From the NCBI GenBank assembly GCA_977030845.1, contig OZ365109.1:62682001-62746000 (forward strand): a stretch of DNA of 64,000 nucleotides, in the 5' to 3' direction. Every line of letters begins with the position of its first letter. The first letter of the stretch is position 1. The notes beneath the pieces are model-generated. The model saw only the letters and a program-made list of their open reading frames with translations. It had not been told where the DNA came from and searched no databases. The position numbers and the translations under genes are program-made. The DNA comes from Fimbriosthenelais zetlandica. Its lineage: Eukaryota. This document shows positions 25,367 through 36,063 of the stretch, one piece after another.

Positions 25367-25748
25367 TGGAAGTTTAAAAGGTAAATGCATTCTAATGTAT
25401 AACTTGTCACCCAATACCCATCCAAGGAAGGCAGGCATCAGCATTATTTAACCTCTTACATACACACACAGCATGTGGTGAGGGGTTGTGCCCCACAAGC
25501 TGACACCCAACCATCTCACACACACTTTCGTAATCAGTCGTAACTAAGGGAGGGTTAAAATAGTAACTAAGAGAGGGCTAAAAATTGCCAAAATTATGCT
25601 GGGGAATGTGCTAAAGTATACTATTAAATTGGGCATTTTTGAATTGAAATGAACAACTCAAAAGCTGTGATGGTAGACTGGCAGAGCATAATTGTTCCAC
25701 TGAATTATGTCACTAAAAATGTATTTATCCTTTTAAAAGGTCAACATC

Positions 25749-28726
25749 ATGCCAGTATACAAATTGTGGACATGGGATAGGGGAAGCAAAAAGTCTGTAG
25801 TTGCTCAGACATGTGCAGAGGTCATCGAGAAAGGTAATGAATGTTTTCACATCGTTATAGACACGTATATCCTATAGAATTGACGAAATGATGTATTAGC
25901 TACATAATTATACGGTTGCACATAAAACTTATATCAGACAGAATGATATGTCCTCTATATGTTGGTCCACCAAATGATCCATTTTTCCACAGTAACATGT
26001 TTAACTGGAGTTTTCACATTCTAATGATACTTTTCAATAGTGGCAAGATCTAACTATTCATTTGGCTTACAGGGAAGGTCAAGCATGGATTCGACTGTCC
26101 TCCTTCATCTCTACGTCTTGTTATTGAGGAAGACGGCACCGAAATAGATGACGACGAAGTTCTGACCGAATTGAAAGGGAGTATTTTAATGATTCTCCAG
26201 GAAGGGCAGTGCTGGCAAGAGAGATCTTCCATACCCGAACCTGATTTGGAAGTTGTGGATTCCCCACGGCCCTCAACCTCCACTGACTGCAACAATGCTC
26301 CAACCTATGACCCTCCAGCTGGAGGGAGAATAACTATTTCTACACCTCTTCCCCAGTTGAGTATACGAATTCAACAAAACTTGGAACTCAACACGGAATA
26401 TAAAGTCTGGAGGGAGCTGGTTTCTGAAACTGCCTACCATTACCTCCGAATCAACCCGAATATAGATAACAGTGGAGTACCGCGCAATAGGGCAGGCCAT
26501 GTTGGATCGTTATCCAAGCATGGCGAGGGATGGAGAACATCCTTGGGTAAATATGACAGTTATCATTATTATTATTATTAGTCATTATTATTATCCCCCG
26601 GGTCAACTTAGTGTAATATAAACTTTGACCATGATTTCCATGTAGACCTATCAAACGCTGTTGCACTTTTTGTACTGACTCATGTAGTAGAATTCCTCCT
26701 GCTTTAAATTATCTACTCCGATGATCAGATCTGATGATTAGGGTCCATTGTACGTGTGTCCTCACATATAGTATATTCGAGGTGGACCTCAACATCTTTT
26801 TACAATCATGTCCGAGCATTTTCCTATTTGGTATTTTGCAGAGTTTCTTCATAAAATGCCTTAGCCAGTGTATTCGCCATTTACGGTGGATCAACAAAAA
26901 AAGAACCCAGCCACATCTTAATTCAGCTGATGGTACAAGGAAGAGATCTGGAGACAAAATCCCAGCCAGCACACCAGCAAAGACTGCAAGAGGGGCATCA
27001 CTGCCATCAATGCCATCCCAGGATAGGGTAAATGTACTTTTCATGCACCATGTGAATATTAAGACATTCAATCTGTAAGTTGGGTCGTACATAACACTGT
27101 ATTTCATCCAAAGTCTGATCATGTTAATTTATGCATATATATAATATAATATATATAACGAACCACAGGGAATCATCAATGATGAAGAGTATGATGGCCA
27201 TATCGAGCAGCTCCAGCGCCAGTGGGATAAACCAGAACAGTCACGAAACTTAAGTCATATCAAAGTGTTACTCGCGGAGACATTTACAAGAAATCAGGCG
27301 TGGATAAAGACCCTTCCCGACTCAACCGTTGCGCCAATATTACAAAGGATTCCATGCTACCAAGATGGAGACATGGTGAGTATAATTGTATATTTGTTGG
27401 CAATCTTGTTCGACTAGCCACTTTAAGCAGGGTGTCAACAAAAGAACTGCAATAATTATAAAAATCGGATAGTTTTTTACAGAAACATTAAATTACGGAA
27501 AGCTTTCAAAGTTGTGCTCAGTGTTTGCAGTTTTGGTGGGGGAAAGGCCAACAATGCATGCTCAAAAGGGAATATTGATTGATAAATTCCTGAACTTACA
27601 TAATGCATGGAGCTATATTTTAATGTTTTTATCAGCCTTTCATTTTTGGAATATAAATATGTTCTGCTTTGGTCATTAACAAAGTCAGATTTAGGGGAGT
27701 GGCTAATCATTTCAGATATGTCATGACTTCAAACTAATGATCTGTAAGGAAATGTACAGTGCGTTGGCACAAAAAATAGAGACATTATTGTGTGCAGTGG
27801 AGGCCATCATGGGGTCCAAAACAGAGGTATTGCAGGGTTTATTGCACGCCTATTTATTGTAATGATATTATTTTAAGAATGTAACAGGCCCCTGATATAT
27901 AACAAATTCCACCACTGCATGGTTCCAGGATGATTTCAGGATTCCTGGATGAACGGACAGACCGAGGAACCCATCATCAGAGCCAGCATATGCTTACAAA
28001 TTTGATATATTTATATAAATTGATTGTTTTGTTCATCATTTCCATTATAGTTTTAAGTGTTTTGTACTTGTTCTTCGTGTTAAATTCTTCGTCTTCATAT
28101 TCTATATTAATACACTGATATTTAAGTTTACCAGTTGAACTAAAATATCGAATATTAACAAGTTGTTTAACATTATACCAACGTTTGGTAGGTCAAACAT
28201 CAGGTCACTGCCAGTGTTCTCAAATGATTTCTCCGTCCTTTCGGAAACTTAGAATTACACGTCTTCTTTTATTACAATTTTCTTCTTTGATTTCTCTTTC
28301 TGGAATTTAATTCAATTTGTCCTGCGATATGTGTATATACAATATTTGTCTGTCCTTTCTGAAAATTTGAATTGTCTTCTTTGATTATCTTATCCTGTAT
28401 ATATGTGTATATCGAGCTGTTTTTTTGTTTGAAGCTGTCACTTTGACAAATAATGTCCTCTATCAATCACTATGCTCATTAACATAAGAAATGCTGATGG
28501 CATAACAATAGACACACAGACAACTAGTGTTGCGGCTGCAACACTAGGCCTGTTAGCCTCATATTTCGTCTTCAATTTGGAATTTCCAAGGATATATTCA
28601 CAACTGTTGGGGACATTACAAAGTGCTTTTCTACCCATGTCGCAGTACGACGGCCCTAAAAGTTCTAAGTATACTCATTTTCAATCATTATTAAAACGCC
28701 AGGTATCAAAGACATTCAAAGAGTAG
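25749..28726 (+). pseudogene. Spliced transposon accessory gene (ORF2, ~470 aa reconstructed) with an N-terminal CIDE-N-like domain; disrupted
   Basis: GT-AG exons 25749-25833, 26073-26546, 26842-27027, 27169-27375, 27716-27858 and 27929-(insertion)-28726, joined in compatible phases. Translation MPVYKLWTWDRGSKKSVVAQTCAEVIEK/GKVKHGFDCPPSSLRLVIEEDGTEIDDDEVLTELKGSILMILQEGQCWQ...; C-terminus ...AAATLGLLASYFVFNLEFPRIYSQLLGTLQ. One +1 frameshift at ~26474 and a 482-bp insertion. The last two junctions are less certain. Confidence 0.75.
27995..28476. other. 482-bp AT-rich segment interrupting the last ORF2 exon
   Basis: Bounded by direct TATGCT at 27989-94 and 28471-76; removing it fuses ORF 27930 and ORF 28472 in frame. 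Confidence 0.45.
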
Positions 28727-28744
28727 ATTACAGGTATACAGTCG

Positions 28745-29315
28745 GTTTTTATTTATGTTTTTTATTTTATATTTGAAAGCCTCCTATTTGTCAATTTCTT
28801 GGGGTTTAAGTCGTTCCATAAAAAGCTTCCTATATAGCGGGGATTCCCTTTGAAAGATTCAAGTTTAGGTTTAGTCGTTAAAAAATTGGTATGATCATGT
28901 GACCTGGTGGCGAGTTCTCTTTTATCAACCCAGGCTGTTCTGTTCTGTTTAGAATACATGATATTAAGAATGCGTGCTTTTCTTCTTTTTTTTCAACAGC
29001 GGGATATTACACCTTGTGTGTAGGTCATTGGTTGCTAAAGTATGGTCATTGTATGCAAGTCTATCCTTGCAACATTGTATGCAAGTCTATCATTGGTAAA
29101 CAGTTATTTTGAAGGGTTTGTAGCTTTTTGAATTTTATATTGGACCCCCCATTGTATATGATGTCCCCATAATCTAGGTGGCTCATAATAGGTGATTTAT
29201 AAATAATCACTGCTGCTTTTTCAGTAAGATACGGTCTGATTTTGGCTAGCATTAATATTTTGTAGCTTAGTTTTTGTATTAATAGGTCAATGTTCTTGGT
29301 AAAGGAGAGAGTCAT
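28745..29315 (-). mobile_element. 5'-truncated CR1/L2-type LINE 3' fragment (post-RT region), antisense inside the transposon
   Basis: TLSFTKNIDLLIQKLSYKILMLAKIRPYL..IYKSPIMSHLDYGDIIY..KLQTLQN and ATRS..PKLESFKGNPRYIGSFLWNDL resemble the C-terminal part of CR1/L2-clade ORF2; A-rich tail near 28745-28770. Confidence 0.8.
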
Positions 29316-29364
29316 ATATTATAATTATCTGGTTTATGTTTCGCGATAAGCATTTTAATCCAAG

Positions 29365-29681
29365 TTTATGTAACTTGCTACACACCAGTGTTTATAATAT
29401 AAATTATAAACACTGTCAGGTGTTTACTAACTGTTACTAGTAATAAACATGTAAAAACGTTTATAAACTAAACATGTCTTGATGTTTATTATTTAAACAA
29501 GGTGTTTTCTTCTAAACATGTCGGTATTTACTGCATAAATATCTACTGCGTTTATCTCGCTAAACATTGGTGTTAATATTTACACAAGGTGTTTACATGT
29601 AAACGTGTTAAAGTGTTTACTACCCGTTACAGATATGTGTTTATATTAGTGTTCAAAACCTAAACACTTGGACTTACAGTG
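29365..29681. repeat. Right subterminal repeat region and right TIR of the CACTA element
   Basis: About a dozen TAAACA/TGTTTA motifs in both orientations, ending in TGGACTTACAGTG. Confidence 0.8.
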
Positions 29682-30758
29682 TACTCCATAATGGGGCTGT
29701 TGCGGCATGCAATTGAGGCAGAAAATTGCGGATATTTCAACAGCGAAATCACAAGGTTCCAAAGAAATAAAATCTAATTGAACTACTCCATTAGAGCAAC
29801 CCGTTGAAAGCTGCCAGAATACAAAGCCATCAGACAAAGGGGTGGATTTAGAGTTATAAATAGTTAAGTTAAATTCAAGTCCTGCTCTATAGAGCGTCAT
29901 CTTCTCCTTGAGTCTTTAGAACAAGACTGGAACATTACAGGCGTAACTAATGAATGCGATATCTGAATGAGAAGAAATGATTTAAGGATGCTGGGCATCA
30001 CAACTTCTGTCTTAATTACCTGTCTTCCAGACACAGTTAGGATTAAGTGTTGCATATATATTACATTCCTCGCCATAATTAAAACAACAGGAGTCCGTCC
30101 ATTAGCATGCAACAAACTCAGCTAAATTAAATTTCTTTTCGGTTTCAACCTCACTCCTGTACAAACAGTTGATACCCATGAGTAACGGGAACCTTTTTAA
30201 TGCCCAGCCGACGCCTTTAAATTCTCCATATCAAATCCACTGACACATCAGGCGGGCAACAGTTTTTTCGGCGTATTTTGAGCATTATTGTTAAATGAAA
30301 AAAGAAACTTGCATCGGATTCTGCTGGGATGAAAAAAAAACTGTTTTAATTGAAAAATATTATATTTTGTATTTTCCCAGGAAGAACACCTGAGTAGGTG
30401 CACCGTGAATGAACATTATTGAGGAACCTTATGGCCATTTTGCGTGCTTCGAGGATATAAAGTAGACCACCCATAATTGAGACCAAATCAACACTACACT
30501 GTAACGCCCACTACATGCTCTAGCAGTCTCATGTCCTGCGCGTTCCCGGCAGCAGGGGTAAATAACTCTCCGATTATGATACATTGTATCCCAGTGCGGT
30601 ACTCTGAGCGCGCGAAACGCGCCGGACCTTTTGCACCGTGCGGCTGTCGATGCGACGCATCAATATGCAGGTGCTAAGCATTGTATAGCCAGGAGTATAC
30701 ACTGAGTGATGGCTGCGTCGCGCTGTGTAACTGCGGCTCCAACCAGAAGCTTGTGCAT

Positions 30759-30810
30759 GGGGCGGGTGGGGGTTGGTGGGGGGGGGGGGGGGGGGGTAGG
30801 GCTAGTGGGG
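30759..30810 (+). repeat. Poly-G / G-run tract (G4-capable)
   Basis: 19-nt G run at 30778-30796 flanked by several shorter G runs. Confidence 0.85.
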
Positions 30811-30976
30811 TTCAATTAATCCTAATTTTACATGCTTATTCTTAAATTTGCATGCCCCCCATTCCCTGGCTCCTCCCACCCAGAAGTCATTTTATTTCAT
30901 TTTCACATTATACTTTATATGGATTATGGAGTATCATCTAATTTGCAACATCATTTTCATCTTTTCATCATATTGA

Positions 30977-32159
30977 TCACTTTTTCTCAACATCATTTTC
31001 CTCATATATCTCCTGCATGTTTCCAATGTCCAGAGTTTTGATTCTTTTCCTGCAAGAAAATACAGTAGTACACTTTATATTATAATGAATACCAGTGTTA
31101 GATAATGTTCAGAATAATTATCAGATACTTCAAAGTTTATCATTTTCAAGCAGCAGTACTCGCTAGAAATTCTTTAATTATGAAGTGACATTAATTTGTT
31201 TGACTATCTATGAATGATTTAATCCAGACAGTTTCTACCTTTATAATAAGCTCTTAAGCTTACCTCCATTGTATTGGGTCTATTGTCCAGGGTATAGACG
31301 TAGCTTTCTCAGCCCATTGTTCTCTCCCTGACTGCTGCTGTAGACTGAGGCTTCAGTCAGTCCCTTTGTCCTAGTTATCACTTGTCCAGTCACCATAATT
31401 CCCTGCAGTTACAATATATAAACACGAGGTTATTAAAATTATTTACATCTTAATAATGAGATAGTAATCCCGGGCTTTATATAAATTTCACGGAATATAA
31501 TATGTATGTGGCATCTCAATATTTATTGTTCTTCTAGCCTAGCGCACAGAGCCCGTCAGTTTCTGTGAAAACGCTAAATTTCCTTACCCACTGAGCTCAG
31601 ACATGGTAAAATATAATCTATTATGACTACTATGAGGGAGTGAGTGCAAACAGTACCTTGTCCATTATCATGATGACGTGTGTGAAAGCTACCATTCGCT
31701 CAATCCTCTTCTCTCTGGAATCTGAAACAAATGAGAAGTAGTATTGGTCATACAGCTTTATTGAAATCTTGAGATCTTAACAGTTCCCTTAGATTAAATA
31801 TATATTGTAAAAAGTACATTTCAAGCAAAAAGAAATGAATTTACCTACCAAAATGTTTGAATCCACCAAGAGTCTAACTGATAGGAACTACATAACTGTA
31901 TGAGTTAATTGGTCTGAAACAAATGAAAACATGGCAAATAATAATCCCCTTTGATATTCGGGTACGTAGATAAAAACTAATAATTCAATAGATCTTAATA
32001 GACTAAGGAATCAGATTAATGTAAATACTTTACCTGTTGTTTAAATCATCCAAAGTCAGGCTTTCTGTGTCCAATACCCCCTTCACCAATTTTAAGAGGT
32101 CCTCATGGTTTGAATGCCACAGACCAACTGGCAGAGTTTTCTGCTTAGTACATATACCA
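30977..32159 (-). pseudogene. Four-exon spliced pseudogene-like chain, product unknown
   Basis: Minus-strand exons 32159-32034, 31721-31657, 31402-31264 and 31049-30977 with strong sites (CAG|GTAAAG, TTTCAG|, AAG|GTACTG, CTGCAG|, GAG|GTAAGC, TTGCAG|). Phases 2, 1, 2 match across junctions; three internal stops. Confidence 0.5.
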
Positions 32160-34966
32160 CTATGGGATTAAGGTCAGTGAAGATGATGTAATAGTCTTAA
32201 GACTGGGCGGTAACCAAGGTGATGGGTGACTGTGGTGGGAGGTATGAAACGCGCTGCACATACTCTGCGACCCCCCTGATAGCCTGTCAATCGCCGATTA
32301 TTTGTGGAGGCTGTTATCACTCCGATTCACAGCTGCGTCATTAAAAACCTATGTTTGATGATCTGAGTATTTTAATTAAACCGATTCATAGCGGTTGATC
32401 TCAGATTGGGCACTCCTCGGTGTTACAGTGTACCAAAGGGTATTTTCTCGTACAGTGAGGGTAAAAATCACTGTAATTACAAAATGGCAGGTTTCAGATA
32501 TAAAGTGCACTGTATGTCAGTAACACTTTAGATCCAAGGAGATTTATTTAAACTACCGAATTAATGGAGTCCTATTTTCATGCACGCCCTCTACTTTTGC
32601 AATTTAAAAAGAGGTATTTGTCTAACATAATTGAAGTAATTCTGTGGCTGGTGTAAGTACTTCAACAGAGAAAATGAAATATGTGCATCATTGTAGGTTA
32701 TTTTGTCCCTGCAGTGTAGTTTGCAAGCACACAGAGATTGCTCGGTTATTTGAACGCTATTCATAATTCATCACCAGGCTGATTGAAACTTTAATTTCCA
32801 CACCATCCTCTCGAGATAACAGGCACGTTGGGAGACTTTCTATGCCTTATTGATTTTTATTGATAATATGTCATTTTCACAATTACATTTATTGATGTTG
32901 CCATGGAATCACTCACTTTTTTCACTCAGAAAAAGAGGTGGGAGGTGCGGAGGTTATGCCATCAGGTGAAAATCAAAAGAGCAGTCTCATTTCTGAGATT
33001 GTGTTTAATTCCGCGTTTTTTTTTCTAGTTAGTATAGATGTCTGAATGAGACGCATGATTCCATGGGAATTATTTTGGTAGACTAGAGTTAACAGTTATT
33101 GTGGAAGCTATTCTCCGCGGGATGACATAAGTGCACTGTCAATGAATCGTGAAGGTAAGCTATATAGAACCTGACCCATGTTTTCCACCTGTGAGGGTAA
33201 TTGATTTTGTGCTTTAAGTATTGATTTAAACTGGTTGCACAACGGTAAATGGAACGTGGCATGCAGGGCAATAACCATCAGCTTTATAGGCGACTGGTGG
33301 GACATGAGGGAATTTATCTGTCAAATGATATGTGTCAGGCAGTGATAGAACTGAAAATATGACTGAAATGATATATTTCTAACTTTTAACTGATGACAAG
33401 TAAAGGGTATCATTATAGGGAGTCTACACTAATAGGATCTCGACATCCGTCCTCTCTGGCAGTCCCATGTACATTTTTTTTACTTAGACCATATTATTGC
33501 AATGTAGGCCATTATCTTTTGAATTTCAAGAAAACGTCGAATTTTGGTCTACGTCCAGAATGTGTACGCAGGGAGCCAAGCAAAGGAGTGAAGGGCTATT
33601 AATTATGTGACAATTGTCCGTAGATCTGACACTTGAGGACAAAGTCCATTAAAAGTTATAGAAGGTTATATACCTTTCTAATTCTGAAATCGAAAGAACA
33701 CGAATTTAACCAACTGTATAGCCCACGAGTATCAACAATTTCTTCCACATATTTAAGCACACATTGATGTGCAAATATCTCCAAAATCCAGATAGGCAAT
33801 CATGGTTATGATGAATTGGTATTGATGGGGGACGCCTAAAAATTGGATTGATCCAAGGCTGATCCAACTCTGGATATCTGGGGACAGATATGTGATTTAG
33901 AAGATTAAATACGTTTCCATTTCCCACCCTAAAATAGCCTAAATCATGGGATGATAATAATATTGTCATATATATATATAACAGTCATGCACTCAAGAAA
34001 CCCATGTAACCTTCTCATACTTTATCACACTCACTGGTGTTTCAACTATGCTTTCACCTCTTGTGCATGTCACCCATTCAGCCAATTTTATTGGAGTGGC
34101 TTCGTCTGTTTCAGTGTGGCTCCCTTAGGTTTTTTATGTATTTTTATTAGGCGATTACTAGTTGGGTTATAGGTAGAAACGTATTGCTCCATGACAGAAA
34201 ACAAGTATGCAAACCAAACGAGAAATTGTGCAAACTTTATTATGGGATGTACTGTATATATACTGTATAATTAGTATGTGATCTTTTTGTTTCTTGTATT
34301 GAAACTCATATCACTGCCCTGGGTGAGAAGCAGAAGACGAGGAGTGAAATAGTTACCTCTAATGTAACATCAGCTCAAGACTTTTTTCCAGATAAGTACT
34401 ATTTATCTAAGCTCATTCCCATACCATACATCCAGGGAATAATGGACCGTTACTGTACTATGTATGTACATACATGTGGGTGAAAAGGATTATGTATGAT
34501 CATGAAAAAGATGAGATGCTTTGAGATACTAGAACATTAAAGAGAGGAAGTCCCATCAGTGAATTCTGCCTTCCATCTACCCTTAATGGCTTGCTTGAGG
34601 GAAAGATACTATGACGAGTAGATACATTGTAATATATAGCTCTTTCTCATAGAAAAGCAACAACACGTTGAGTACAGGCATGGAAATAGTGGATTTGATC
34701 AGAAGAACTATTCATCTATACACAGTACATTTGTCCATATAATACTAAGCCTCTACAATACATGGGGGTATACTTTCAAAATAGAATACTGATTTTCAAA
34801 GTTTTACTCTTTATCCAATGCTTTCTTACCATAAATATCTATTCGGATTTTAGTTTCCAGCAAGTGTTGGGAGTAGTAAAGTATAAATGGCAGTCTATAT
34901 TGGTACCGTAATGAAATCTGGCGGCCACATATCGTTTTTAAACCGGTTTAATGAGGAAAGCAACCA

Positions 34967-36063
34967 ACATGGAAACCAACCAACATGGATGGCTTTTATT
35001 ATAATTGCTATAGGGTTCTCCGCAAGGACTTGGGTGAAAGTATACCCAATGGCCGATGCCTAATACATGAAAAGTATTAGTTGTAAGCACAGAAACAGTT
35101 ACTATCAGTGGTTGGCAACAGCAAACAAGGGAAATGCCCTTGACAATCAATGGTATTTCTCATGGGATGCAACCAGTGATGCCCCCTATCACATGGGGTT
35201 TGTTTAATAAGAAACGTAGGCTATATTAGGCAATGACATGTAAATGGGCTAAAACAGCACACATCTTTTCCCAGCGAACCCCTGTTGGACCGGACTAACC
35301 CCAGTCCAATGCAGAACTGTTGCCATTAGATTAAGATGAAATTAAAATGGATCGCATCACAGCGTCTGCCATCAGATTGGTCCCAATCCTGTCTATGGCG
35401 GAGATTATAGATTATAGTGCTCATCATGTAAATAACCACACTATTGCACAGTATTTTTAGCCACACCAATTAATTCATGGTTGCATGCCAATTTTTCCCG
35501 TGGGTTTTACCACTATACTTTGCCTCTGCGTTATTTTTTCACGCTTATCGACACCGGAAACATTTGAGTACGACCCCCGTAATAATCGGAAATTAAATCG
35601 GATCAAAAATAGTACCTAAAGTTTAGTAACTTTGGTTTCCTAAAGTATAATATCGGAATTCAGATATAGTCTTAGAAATGATTCTTTTATCAGAAAAGTC
35701 TGTATACTGTTATTAGCATGATCATAATTATATGGTTGTTTACGACTGTCCATTACATGAATTTTAATTTATTTTAAAATAATTTTATTGATCTCCCATA
35801 TTTGAACTTTGTTGTCAATTGCAGATCTGAAATAATAGTCTGAGTTGGTCATTTTGATTAATTATCATTGTAGAAGCATGTGGCCAAGTCAGTTTGAATA
35901 ATTAATGTTTAATAGGCCGTGATATGCATGACCTGTAGATATTTTCCATTTTCCAACCCACATGGAAACCAACCAACATGGATGGTTATTATTATAATTG
36001 CTATAGGGTTCTCCGCAAGGACTTTGGTGAAAGAATACCCGATGGCCGATGCCTAATACATGA
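34967..36063. repeat. 104-bp direct repeat pair (34967-35070 and 35960-36063)
   Basis: ACATGGAAACCAACCAACATGGATGG...GCCGATGCCTAATACATGA in both, with a few substitutions; the intervening sequence is unrelated. Confidence 0.9.

Larger units (their letters stand above)
14522..29681 (+). mobile_element. CACTA/EnSpm-type (CMC superfamily) DNA transposon, internally amplified and carrying nested insertions
   Basis: Left end CACTGCAAATCCA (14522-14534) versus reverse complement of right end CACTGTAAGTCCA (29669-29681), 11/13 match. TA on both flanks (14520-21, 29682-83). TAAACA/TGTTTA subterminal repeats at both ends. Internal transposase plus a spliced second gene on the same strand. Confidence 0.85.

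Noticed and set aside
30540-30760. CpG-rich patch as a promoter
   Set aside because: Short, with no linked + strand gene found; likely a repeat fragment next to the poly-G tract.
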